NCBI GenBank assembly: GCA_945871805.1
Contig: CAMBXE010000003.1
Location: forward strand, 1 to 59,932
Direction: 5' to 3'
Origin: Rhizobium sp. Q54
Lineage (GTDB): Bacteria; Pseudomonadota; Alphaproteobacteria; Rickettsiales; UBA1997
DNA: 59,932 bases
In this document: piece after piece, positions 9,105 to 17,629 of the stretch
How the letters are laid out: the number at the start of each line of letters is the position of its first letter
How positions within the stretch are numbered: position 1 is the stretch's first letter
Position numbers and translations under genes: made by a program
Notes under the pieces: generated by a model
Told to the model about the DNA's origin: nothing
The model's database searches: none
What the model saw: only the letters and a program-made list of their open reading frames with translations

Positions 9105-10193
9105 TTAGGAAATATTTTTAATGCGAAGAAGGTCGATTTCGTTTAGTAGAAATTTCCCCGGAAGGAGGATTTTCTTACCGTCAGTGACGAAAGAAACCGC
9201 AGTAGTATTTTGTTCGGATTCAGATGCAACTCGCTGAGAAAGTAAGGATTTTAACATTAAAATTTGCTCGCGTCTCGTAATCAAAATTTCGATTTCAGCG
9301 GGAATTTTTTTTGCTTGAGGAGCTGGTTGAATTACTTTTTGTTCAGGAGTTTTTGCTTTGTAACTCGACGAAGAATTTCCTCTAAAATTACGAATTGCTT
9401 GCTGCTTAATATCTTCAAATTCCTCTTTTGCCGCTTCGGTATTTTTCAAGAAATCTTCTAATTTTTTTACGCCCTGAATCAAAATTCTGATTCCGCCTTC
9501 ATCTCTGCGGATCAAGCATTCAAGCGCAACGGCGCTGCCGTCGACTAAAATGTCGCGCGAATTAGTAATTAGCGCTTCGTCGAAAACCATTGTCTCAAAA
9601 ATGCCGAAAGGATCAGAAATATTAATGTAGGCAAAACGTCCGCGCGCACTAGAGCGGTGCTTACTATTCGCGATTACGCCGGCCATTTTTACGAGCGCGC
9701 CATCTTTTAATTCGTCGCGTTCGAGCTTGTCGGAAAATATTACGCCACGCTTGCGCAGGTCGGAAATTACTACGTCGACAGGATGTTCATTTAAGAAAAA
9801 ACCGAAGGCTTCGAATTCTTTTTGTAAGCGCTCAGCTCGGTTCCAATCCTCTGTTTTCTTAAGTTGCGGCTTAGAATTAACTTCGGGCATTCCGCCAAAA
9901 AGACTCATTTGATTCGAAGAAGATTCTTCGTTTTGTTGCGCGGAATAGGCGGAAAGAGTTTCGAATGATTCGGCGATTTGTCGGCGATTTGTTTGCAATT
10001 TGTCAAAGGCACCAGCCTTCGCTAAAGCCTCAATTGATTTTTTATTTATTAGGCGGGGATTGATGCGTTTGGCAAAATCGTAAACATCTTTGAAGTCGCC
10101 ATTTTCTTTACGCTCAGAGGCGACAACTTCCATCGTGCCAAAGCCCACGGCCTTAATAGCACCTAAGCCAAAACGAATCGCGAGATTGCTCAT
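9105..10193 (-). CDS. dnaE: DNA polymerase III alpha subunit, C-terminal portion only (HhH, OB-fold, C-terminal domain)
   Basis: AIRFGLGAIKAVG, ERKENGDFKDVYDFAKR, ALAKAGAFD, EFEAFGFFLNEHP, OB-fold AGVI...FAYINISDPFG; no PHP or palm domain; ATG overlaps uppP stop (ATGA). Confidence 0.85.
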   Translation of the reverse strand: MSNLAIRFGLGAIKAVGFGTMEVVASERKENGDFKDVYDFAKRINPRLINKKSIEALAKAGAFDKLQTNRRQIAESFETLSAYSAQQNEESSSNQMSLFGGMPEVNSKPQLKKTEDWNRAERLQKEFEAFGFFLNEHPVDVVISDLRKRGVIFSDKLERDELKDGALVKMAGVIANSKHRSSARGRFAYINISDPFGIFETMVFDEALITNSRDILVDGSAVALECLIRRDEGGIRILIQGVKKLEDFLKNTEAAKEEFEDIKQQAIRNFRGNSSSSYKAKTPEQKVIQPAPQAKKIPAEIEILITRREQILMLKSLLSQRVASESEQNTTAVSFVTDGKKILLPGKFLLNEIDLLRIKNIS

Positions 10194-10981
10194 GTCAAAA
10201 AGATTAAGACTAAAATTCCGACGGCGATTCGATAAAATCCGAAGGGTACAAAATTATTTTTACTGACGAAATTGATGAACCATTTGATTACCAAAATTGC
10301 CGAGAAAAATGAGGCGAGCAGGCCAACAAAAATCATTTCAATATTTTCAAAATTGAGCTCGGCATAATTTTTGTAGAGGTCGTAAATGCTGGCGGCGGCG
10401 ATTGTCGGAATTGCCAAGAAGAAAGAAAATTCTGCGGCGATTTTGCGATTTAAGCCGAGCAATAATCCGCCAATGATTGTCGCGCCAGACCTTGAAACTC
10501 CGGGGATCATTGCCAGGCACTGAAATAATCCGACGTAAAAAGCGGTGAGAGGAGTAATGTTTTCGAGCTCTTCAACGCTCGATTTTTTAGGCTTGCGCTC
10601 AACCGCAATCATTACGATTCCGCCAAGAATTAGGGCGAAGGCAATTGTTAAGTTGTTGAAAAGAAATGATTTGATTAATCCGTGCAAAGCCACGCCAAGC
10701 AAGGCCGCAGGAAGGAAGGCTAAAGCTAAATTTAAAATGAATTTCTGCTGCGATTTTTCTTTGAAGTGAATCAGAAGATCGAAAATTTTACCGCGGTAAA
10801 TCACACAAATCGCCAAAATTGCGCCGAGCTGAATTACGACTTCAAAGAGATTATTTTTAATTGCGGTGAAGTCGACTAACTGGGAAGTTAGTAGTAAATG
10901 TGCGGTCGAAGAAACGGGAATGAACTCGGTCAAGCCTTCAACAATTCCAAGCAGAGCGGCCTTAAAAAAATCTAACATCAT
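10190..10981 (-). CDS. uppP: Undecaprenyl-diphosphate phosphatase
   Basis: GIVEGLTEFIPVSSTAHL, PGVSRSGATI, AAEFSFFLAIP. Confidence 0.97.
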   Translation of the reverse strand: MMLDFFKAALLGIVEGLTEFIPVSSTAHLLLTSQLVDFTAIKNNLFEVVIQLGAILAICVIYRGKIFDLLIHFKEKSQQKFILNLALAFLPAALLGVALHGLIKSFLFNNLTIAFALILGGIVMIAVERKPKKSSVEELENITPLTAFYVGLFQCLAMIPGVSRSGATIIGGLLLGLNRKIAAEFSFFLAIPTIAAASIYDLYKNYAELNFENIEMIFVGLLASFFSAILVIKWFINFVSKNNFVPFGFYRIAVGILVLIFLT

Positions 10982-10996
10982 TTGCTAATAAAGCTG

Positions 10997-11081
10997 TGGT
11001 ACCTCCGGCCCGACTCGAACGGGCACATCCTAGGGACAATAGATTTTGAGTCTATCGCGTCTACCATTCCGCCACGGAGGC
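10997..11081 (-). tRNA. tRNA-Leu(CAA)
   Basis: GCCTCCGTGGCGGAATGGTAGACGC...CT-CAA-AA loop, long variable arm, GTTCGAGTC, encoded CCA. Confidence 0.95.
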
Positions 11082-11083
11082 CA

Positions 11084-11141
11084 AAGAAATTTGCCAAGAA
11101 ATTTGCCAAGAAATTTGCCAAGAAAATTGCCAAGAAATTGG
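11084..11141. repeat. 12-bp tandem repeat AAGAAATTTGCC, about 4.8 copies, abutting the tRNA-Leu 5' end
   Basis: Units start at 11084, 11096, 11108, 11120, 11132. Confidence 0.9.
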
Positions 11142-11277
11142 TCAGAGGTTATTTCAAGAGAGCCTTACCACTCAAAACCTCTGACCAGTCTAAAAGTAAA
11201 TTCCAAAAGTAAAAAACCTAAAAAGTAAAAATTTTGGGAGGGCGACTGTAGCAAGTGGGAGATTTAAAAGTCAAACC

Positions 11278-11908
11278 GCCACCCCGCATTCCCGAGTGTC
11301 ACTCCGCATTCCCGGCCATCACCTCGCATTCCCGATTGTTACCCCGCATTCTCGACTGTCACCCCGCATTCTCGACTGTCACCCCGCACTTGTTGCGGGG
11401 CCCATCTCGTCCTTGTCAAAGACTTGACTTTGAAATGGACCCCGCAACAAGTGCGGGGTGACAGCTCGGGGTTGATGAGGAGTGATACTCGGGAATTTGG
11501 GGTAACACTCGGGATTACCAGAGTAACACTCCGCATTACCGATTGTTACCCCACATTCCCGGCCATCACCTCGCATTCTCGACTGTCACCCCGCATTCTC
11601 GACTGTCACCCCGCATTCTCGACTGTCACCCCGCACTTGTTGCGGGGCCCATCTCGTCCTTGTCAAAGACTTGACTTTGAAATGGACCCCGCAACAAGTG
11701 CGGGGTGACAGCTCGGGGCTGATGAGGAGTGACAGTCAGGAATGAGTGGCAACACTCTGGATTACACAGGGCAACACTCGGGATTACAGGGCAACACTCG
11801 GGATTACAGGGCAACACTCGGGATTACAGGGCAACACTCGGGATTACAGAGTAACACTCGGGATTACAGAGTAACACTCGGGATTACAGAGTAACACTCG
11901 GGAATGCT
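11278..11908. repeat. Composite locus: two family-A REP doublets (247-bp period) flanked by oppositely oriented 20-bp tandem arrays
   Basis: REP arms 11378-11403, 11437-11462, 11625-11650, 11684-11709; left units ACCCCGCATTCTCGACTGTC; right units GGGCAACACTCGGGATTACA x4 and GAGTAACACTCGGGATTACA x2 plus a partial (11769-11908). Confidence 0.95.
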
Positions 11909-11953
11909 GGAGGACTTGCTGCGTGTGGAACGACAAACTTTATTATTAAAATA

Positions 11954-12547
11954 ATGCAAAAAAATCTTATCGAAAATCTTAGTAAAATCATCAGCAGACT
12001 TCCGGGAATGGGCCCGCGAATTGCGAAAAGAATTGTACTACATCTTGCGACTAACAAAGAAAAAATTCTGCAGCCTCTGCTCGAAAATCTTCGTGCGCTA
12101 AACGAAAAAATTCACGAATGCGAAATTTGCGGAAACATCGACGAGGGAAATATTTGTGCGATTTGTTTAAGTCAAAATCGCGACGAAACTCTACTCTGCG
12201 TTGTCGAAGAAATTGCAGATCTTTGGGCGGTTGAGCGGGCGCAAAATTACCGTGGAAAATATCACGTGCTCGGCGGAAATCTTTCGGCGATTTCTGGAAA
12301 AACTATTCAGGACTTAAATTTAAATTCACTTTATTCGCGTCTAGAAAAAGGCGGAATAGCAGAAGTAATTATTGCCACTAGTGCAACAATTGACGGACAA
12401 ACCACCGCTCATTTTCTTTCCGAAAATTTAAAAGATTTCAAAATCAAAATCACCCGCCTAGCTTACGGAATCCCCGTCGGCAGTGAGCTTGATTATCTTG
12501 ATGAAGGCACGATTGCCATTGCCTTCAAAACACGTTTGGAGTTTTAA
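11954..12547 (+). CDS. recR: Recombination mediator RecR
   Basis: LPGMGPRIAKR, CEICGN...CAIC zinc finger, Toprim CVVEE, GDGQTTA-like DGQTTA, RLAYGIPVGSELDYLD. Confidence 0.97.
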   Translation: MQKNLIENLSKIISRLPGMGPRIAKRIVLHLATNKEKILQPLLENLRALNEKIHECEICGNIDEGNICAICLSQNRDETLLCVVEEIADLWAVERAQNYRGKYHVLGGNLSAISGKTIQDLNLNSLYSRLEKGGIAEVIIATSATIDGQTTAHFLSENLKDFKIKITRLAYGIPVGSELDYLDEGTIAIAFKTRLEF

Positions 12548-12549
12548 AA

Positions 12550-12777
12550 ATGAATTTCTTTACCCGGCACTTACGCGAATCTGGCGAAAATTATTTCGAG
12601 CATTTTCTTTTTACTTTCACCACTTCGCTTTGGTTAATCGGCACTGGTTTAGTTCTGCTTTGCCACGCAATTTTTCCTTTCATTTTCGTTTTTATTGCCA
12701 GCAGTAACATAAAAAAAATCAATCAAGTGATGCAAAAACGAATCGAGTTTTTGATCGAACGTCGCGGTAAAAATTAG
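12550..12777 (+). CDS. Small membrane protein, DUF6356-like
   Basis: FTRHLRESGENYFEHF followed by a hydrophobic segment ending HAIFPF. Confidence 0.55.
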   Translation: MNFFTRHLRESGENYFEHFLFTFTTSLWLIGTGLVLLCHAIFPFIFVFIASSNIKKINQVMQKRIEFLIERRGKN

Positions 12778-12786
12778 TTTAAAAAC

Positions 12787-13395
12787 ATGCATTCTCTCTT
12801 TTCTTCTCTCATTACCTTTCTTACCAATTTTATTGGCGAAGTCGGCTACCTCGGTATTTTTATTGGCATGTTTTTGGAGAGTACTTTGGTGCCCCTGCCA
12901 AGTGAGCTCGTGATGATTCCCGCTGGTCTTGCAGCCCACGCCGGTGTAATGAATGTTTATCTCGCCTTGCTGGTGGGAGTTGCTGGCAATGTCGCTGGCG
13001 CAGTTTTTAGCTACTATTTGGCGGCGTCGATCGGTCGCACGATTTTATTTCGTATTGGGAAATATTTTTTCCTTAAGGCTGAAACGATCATTAAAATTGA
13101 AAAGTTTTTTGAGAGTCACGGCCCCATTTCCATCTTCATCGGCCGTTTATTGCCGGGCTTTCGTCACTTTATCTCAATTCCCGCCGGAGTTGCTAAAATG
13201 GACATGAAATTGTTTTTTATTTACACCACTCTGGGTTCAACAATTTGGAATATTGTTCTAATTGCTCTTGGGTTTTTTATTGGCAGCAATCAGCAATTAA
13301 TTGAGAAAAATTTAGAAGGAATTGCTTTGGGATTGTTCGGTATTTGCGCGCTAGTTGTGATTGGTTACATATTCTTAAAACCGACGCGGAAGTAA
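12787..13395 (+). CDS. DedA-family membrane protein
   Basis: FLESTLVPLPSE, GRLLPGFRHFISIPAG motifs. Confidence 0.92.
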   Translation: MHSLFSSLITFLTNFIGEVGYLGIFIGMFLESTLVPLPSELVMIPAGLAAHAGVMNVYLALLVGVAGNVAGAVFSYYLAASIGRTILFRIGKYFFLKAETIIKIEKFFESHGPISIFIGRLLPGFRHFISIPAGVAKMDMKLFFIYTTLGSTIWNIVLIALGFFIGSNQQLIEKNLEGIALGLFGICALVVIGYIFLKPTRK

Positions 13396-13973
13396 GCGTA
13401 GCCTGTGATCACAGTTAAAGCGGCGGCAAGAATAAATAAAGCTTTTGCTGCAGTAACGACGGCGCTAACGAGAAGAAATTTCATATCCATTTCGATGAAG
13501 CCGTTCAGCCAGTAGTAGAACATGTAAGTAGAGCCGCGTTCGCCTAGCATCAATCCGCCAATCGCAAACATTTGCACCATTGTTTTGTATTTTGCCAATT
13601 TGCTCACCGGCACGCTGATCCGTATTTCGGCAAGAAATTCACGTAACCCAGAAACTAAAACTTCGCGGCAGATGATGATTAAGCCGGGATAGAGGATCCA
13701 ATTGTTAGTTGGGTTGAAACGGACGAGCATTACGATTGCTACAATCACCAAAAGTTTGTCGGCGATCGGGTCTAAACATTTTCCAAAATTCGATTGCGCT
13801 TTCATTGATCGCGCGAAGTAACCGTCGAAATAATCAGTGATTGCCGCAACTCCAAACAAGGCCGCAGATACAATATTGGCAAGCATTCCTGGGATGTAGA
13901 ATGAGCAAATTAACAGAGGAATAATTGCGAGACGCAAAGCGGTAAGAAAGTTTGGAAGCTGTTTAAATCTCAT
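13365..13973 (-). CDS. pgsA: CDP-diacylglycerol--glycerol-3-phosphate 3-phosphatidyltransferase
   Basis: PNFLTALR, TDYFDGYFAR...GKCLDPIADK, REVLVSGLRE, KYKTMVQM. Confidence 0.93.
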   Translation of the reverse strand: MRFKQLPNFLTALRLAIIPLLICSFYIPGMLANIVSAALFGVAAITDYFDGYFARSMKAQSNFGKCLDPIADKLLVIVAIVMLVRFNPTNNWILYPGLIIICREVLVSGLREFLAEIRISVPVSKLAKYKTMVQMFAIGGLMLGERGSTYMFYYWLNGFIEMDMKFLLVSAVVTAAKALFILAAALTVITGYAYFRVGFKNM

Positions 13974-13979
13974 GGTGAT

Positions 13980-14231
13980 TTACCCGTTTTTTGTTTTTGA
14001 AATTACTTCGATTTTCATCTTGGCTTCGGCCAATTTTTCTTCGCAAAATTCTTTGAGTAGGGTTCCTTCTTCGTGAAGAGAAATCATTGAATCGAGATTA
14101 ATTTTCTGTGACGACAAAGTTTCGACAATTTCTTCGAGCCGCGTCATTGCGGTCTCAAAACTCATTTTGGCGATTTGTTTTTTTAGTTTTTCTGACATTT
14201 CGTTTGGTTTATTTTTATCATCTAGACCCAT
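13980..14231 (-). CDS. xseB: Exodeoxyribonuclease VII small subunit
   Basis: MSFETAMTRLEEIV...L...I.L.EEG..L...CEEKLAEAKMKIE; start uncertain (14231 or 14198). Confidence 0.9.
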   Translation of the reverse strand: MGLDDKNKPNEMSEKLKKQIAKMSFETAMTRLEEIVETLSSQKINLDSMISLHEEGTLLKEFCEEKLAEAKMKIEVISKTKNG

Positions 14232-14250
14232 CGCAATGACGAGTGAAAAT

Positions 14251-15129
14251 TTACTCCTCAAATTCGAGCGCAACTTCTTTCCAGATGTCGTATTTGTCGA
14301 GGGGAAGATTGCGCAGCGGACTGCAAAGATCTAGCGCGCGTTGAACATTTGTAATTGTGTTTCGGTAATCAACTTCGTTGGGATCGTCGTAACGTAATTT
14401 ATTAATCAGATCGTCAAAATTTACGCTAATTTTTCCCTCACGACTAATCTGAATTTTCGCCGCAACTTTCGTTTTACTACTAAGCTTCGATTCACTCTGC
14501 GCCATGCGGTAGCAAAATTTTAACTGAGACTGAATGTTGAATTTTTCACGACCAGAGAGATCAAGATTTTCTAGGCTATTAGCCATGTCGACTACTTCAG
14601 AATTTTTAGGATTTTCCTGTTTTTCTTCTTCTAATTCTTTGGTGGATTCTTTCTTGGCTCCTGAATCTTCTTCTTTTTTGGGAGCGTCATTTTCTTCCTT
14701 ATCCTCATTCTGATTTTGGATTTTATCCTCTTCTAATTTTTCAGCGTCTTTTTGCTTTAACTCTTCCTTTTCTTCCGACTTAAATTCTTTAATTTTTTCT
14801 TCAACAATCTCTTTCTTTACCGACTCCGCGGCTTTCACGCGAGCTAATTTTTTTGGCGATTTTTTAACTTTATTTTTTTCGACAACTTTTTTCGATTCCG
14901 CTTCTTTTGTCTCTTCTACTTTTTTTGCGCCGGCATCTTTTTGTGATTCTTCTTTGGCGGCATTAGAGGCTTGATTGACGCTCGACTTCTCTTCGCCAGT
15001 AAGCGTGACAAGGCTCACGGCAATTTCACTGGTTTTACTTTCTGCGGGTTTGCGAAGATTAAAATTGAGGTAGATGACCAAGATCAGCAGAAAATGTACG
15101 AATAGCGAATAGAGCAGATTCTTAATCAT
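14251..15129 (-). CDS. TolA/TonB-like protein
   Basis: N-terminal TM with SLFVH motif, long E/K-rich linker, C-terminal alpha/beta domain; follows tolR. Confidence 0.7.
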   Translation of the reverse strand: MIKNLLYSLFVHFLLILVIYLNFNLRKPAESKTSEIAVSLVTLTGEEKSSVNQASNAAKEESQKDAGAKKVEETKEAESKKVVEKNKVKKSPKKLARVKAAESVKKEIVEEKIKEFKSEEKEELKQKDAEKLEEDKIQNQNEDKEENDAPKKEEDSGAKKESTKELEEEKQENPKNSEVVDMANSLENLDLSGREKFNIQSQLKFCYRMAQSESKLSSKTKVAAKIQISREGKISVNFDDLINKLRYDDPNEVDYRNTITNVQRALDLCSPLRNLPLDKYDIWKEVALEFEE

Positions 15130-15545
15130 TGGGCCAATTCAGTAACCAGAACAACTTGATTAAAACCAGCGACGCTAATGATTCGCACCACTTCCATTAC
15201 GCGACCGTAATCAAGATTTTTGTCGGCGCGCACGAGAATTTTGTTACTCAAATTTTTGCCGCTGAGATCTATTAGATGTGCTCCGAGCACGGATAATTTT
15301 ACCGATTCTTCTTGTAGAAAAATTGCTCCATCAGTTTTAACGGAAACTGTAATTGGCTGAATTTTTTCATTATTTTGATCAGCAGATCCTTTGGGAAGAT
15401 CGATATTCACCGAACTTGTCATCATTGGTGCGGCGACCATGAAGATGATTAATAAAACCAACAAAACATCGACGAATGGCGTGACGTTAATCTCGGAAAT
15501 AATCCGGCGTTTTTTTGAAGATCTTTGGTTTGGCGAGAAGGACAT
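15126..15545 (-). CDS. tolR: TolR/ExbD biopolymer transport protein
   Basis: EINVTPFVDVLLVLLIIFMV, VRADKNLDYGRVMEV. Confidence 0.88.
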   Translation of the reverse strand: MSFSPNQRSSKKRRIISEINVTPFVDVLLVLLIIFMVAAPMMTSSVNIDLPKGSADQNNEKIQPITVSVKTDGAIFLQEESVKLSVLGAHLIDLSGKNLSNKILVRADKNLDYGRVMEVVRIISVAGFNQVVLVTELAQ

Positions 15546-15556
15546 TCTAGAAGATG

Positions 15557-15614
15557 GTCATGCTGAGCTTGTCGAAGCGCGATTTAAGTTTATTCTTAGA
15601 CAGCCTCGGGTGAC
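15557..15614. repeat. Family-D palindromic element (GTCATGCTGAGCTTGTCGAAGC ... TTAGACAGCCTCGGGTGAC)
   Basis: Its reverse complement aligns with 21321-21379; lies between lolA and tolR. Confidence 0.85.
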
Positions 15615-15618
15615 GTAA

Positions 15619-16221
15619 TTATTTTTTACTGCCGATTACAAAATTTTTATTCGGAATTTCGCTCTTAAAATCAATGTCAGAAAGAGTAACGGTAACGATT
15701 TGTTCGAGGTCGTTTTTAACTTTCATTTTTACGAAGCGCAGCGGATTCAAATCAAAAATTAACGTAAATTCTCCGGCATCTTTACGATTTTTTTTGACCA
15801 GAGAAACGCTGATTTGCCCAGATTCTTTTGTGACTTTAGTGACTTCGATGTCTTTCGCTGCGAAGGAAATATTTGGCCTGGTTAGAAAAGAAGCAGGAGT
15901 TGTATTGGTGCTGAGACGCGAGATTTCATCGAGCTCGACATCATAGTAGGAAAGAACTGCGCCATTAACGGTGATAACAATTTTTGGCTCGGCTAAATAT
16001 TCTACGCGCATTTTTCCAACTTCCCCTTTGGCACTTTCGGAATTGCGAGCGAGGTAAAATTTCCCCGCAACTGTGCCCGCTTCGGATTGCTGAGTGAAAT
16101 TAGCCGAGAGGTTTTTGATGTTGTTGAGGTAAGATTCGATCTGAGTTAAATCTTCTGCGGCGTAGCAAGGAGAAAGGCTTAGCGCCAAACACCAAGCTCC
16201 AAGCACTAACTTTTTAAACAT
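15619..16221 (-). CDS. lolA: Outer-membrane lipoprotein carrier LolA family
   Basis: Signal peptide, ANFTQ...GKFYL...KMRVEY...TPASFL pattern; start moved to ATG 16221. Confidence 0.75.
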   Translation of the reverse strand: MFKKLVLGAWCLALSLSPCYAAEDLTQIESYLNNIKNLSANFTQQSEAGTVAGKFYLARNSESAKGEVGKMRVEYLAEPKIVITVNGAVLSYYDVELDEISRLSTNTTPASFLTRPNISFAAKDIEVTKVTKESGQISVSLVKKNRKDAGEFTLIFDLNPLRFVKMKVKNDLEQIVTVTLSDIDFKSEIPNKNFVIGSKK

Positions 16222-17440
16222 TTTTCTTGTGGTAAAGTTTTTCGTCCAATCCGCCTTCGCTCTTGTCGACGATGAGGGTGATTGCACTGTCTCCGGTAAT
16301 ATTAATGGTTGTGCGCACCATGTCTAAAAGTCTGTCGATACCAAGAATGATGCCGATTCCTTCGATTGGTAAACCTACTGAACTTAAAACCATTCCCATG
16401 AAAATAATTGAGCCACTAGGAATTCCGGCGGCGCCGATTGAGCCTAAAGTGCAGGTTAAAACCAACATGATGTAGTTTTGAGTGGTCAGATCAATGCCGT
16501 AAGCCTGAGCGAAGAATAAAGAGCAGATGCCGAGATAAATCGCAGTTCCGTCCATGTTGATACAAACGCCCAAAGGCAGCAAGAAATTGGAATTAGATTT
16601 AGAAACGCCCATTCTTTCTTGGAGCTGACTCATTGCGGTTGAGAGCGTTGCTTTGCTACTACTGGTTGCGAAAGCAAGAGACTGAGTGACAAGAATTTTG
16701 CGGTAAAAAGGCAGTGGAGAAATTTTAGCAAATACCAAAATCATTACGCCAAATATCAAATATTGAAAAGCGCAAGCGACCAAAACTGTAACAACTAATT
16801 TAGCGAGAGCTTCCAAAACTTCCATGCCCTGTGTTCCGACGATCCAGGCGATGAAACCAAACACGCCAAAGGGTGCAAGCTTAACGATGATTTCGATCAT
16901 TCTGAAGGTAACTTGCGAAGCAGAGTAAATAATTTCCTTAAGGGGCTTAGCTTTTTCGCCAACTAAATTAATCACAATTCCAGTGAAGATCGAAAAAATA
17001 ATGATCTGCAAAAAGTTGTCGGTGGCCATTGCGTTGATCGGATTTGTTGGAATCAAGCCGAGTAAAAATTCAGAAATTGTTGGAGGGGCTTTAGCCGCGG
17101 TAACCGTTGTAACTCCTCCGGCTTCGATCATTGAATGTAAATCTACGCCAGCTCCTGGTTGGAAAATTGTTCCGGCAGCAAGGCCAATCAATACGGCAAA
17201 AATTGCGGTAAGAATGTAAGCAGAAAAACCCTTAAGACCTATTCTGGTAAAGTTTCCTTGGCCGTTCATCGAAGTGATTCCAGAAAGAAGAGCGAAGAAA
17301 ATTAACGGAACGATTACCATCTTGATCAAACTGATAAAAACGATGCCAAAAATCTTTAAACCTGCGGCCTGTTCGCCTAGAGTAACTCCGGCAATTACAC
17401 CCAAAGCAAGACCAATAAGAACCTGTTGCCAAAGTTTCAT
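16214..17440 (-). CDS. Dicarboxylate/amino acid:cation symporter (DAACS/GltP family)
   Basis: AFATSSSKATL, INMDGT, AAGIPSG, IDRLLDMVRTTINITGD. Confidence 0.93.
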   Translation of the reverse strand: MKLWQQVLIGLALGVIAGVTLGEQAAGLKIFGIVFISLIKMVIVPLIFFALLSGITSMNGQGNFTRIGLKGFSAYILTAIFAVLIGLAAGTIFQPGAGVDLHSMIEAGGVTTVTAAKAPPTISEFLLGLIPTNPINAMATDNFLQIIIFSIFTGIVINLVGEKAKPLKEIIYSASQVTFRMIEIIVKLAPFGVFGFIAWIVGTQGMEVLEALAKLVVTVLVACAFQYLIFGVMILVFAKISPLPFYRKILVTQSLAFATSSSKATLSTAMSQLQERMGVSKSNSNFLLPLGVCINMDGTAIYLGICSLFFAQAYGIDLTTQNYIMLVLTCTLGSIGAAGIPSGSIIFMGMVLSSVGLPIEGIGIILGIDRLLDMVRTTINITGDSAITLIVDKSEGGLDEKLYHKKNV

Positions 17441-17629
17441 TTTTTTAAATTTTAGAGTTTGAGGAATCGAGCTAGGACTTATTAACATTGTGCGCTGATT
17501 ACAGAACGTAAAAAGCGGTTCCCGTAATGTCAAATTGCCGACCAAAATTTTGCAGAGCCGCTAAAATTGACATTTAAAAAAACGACCGAATCTTCGCCTA
17601 CTACCTTCTTTTAAAAACTTCCTTAATCG

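Noticed and set aside
10100-10193. Split-intein C-fragment at the start of DnaE-C
   Set aside because: Polymerase sequence starts at residue ~5; there is no intein segment ending in His-Asn before Cys/Ser/Thr
10997-11081. tRNA-anchored genomic island or prophage (also checked at tRNA-Arg)
   Set aside because: No integrase and no duplicated tRNA 3' end; housekeeping genes on both sides
11255-11817. Small ORFs 11255-11461, 11339-11536, 11379-11576, 11424-11708, 11626-11817
   Set aside because: They are translations of the REP and array sequence on both strands (VTPHLLRG, GPATSAG) with no protein-family features
11278-11908. CRISPR array
   Set aside because: The units are contiguous 20-mers with no unique spacers, and there are no cas genes in the window
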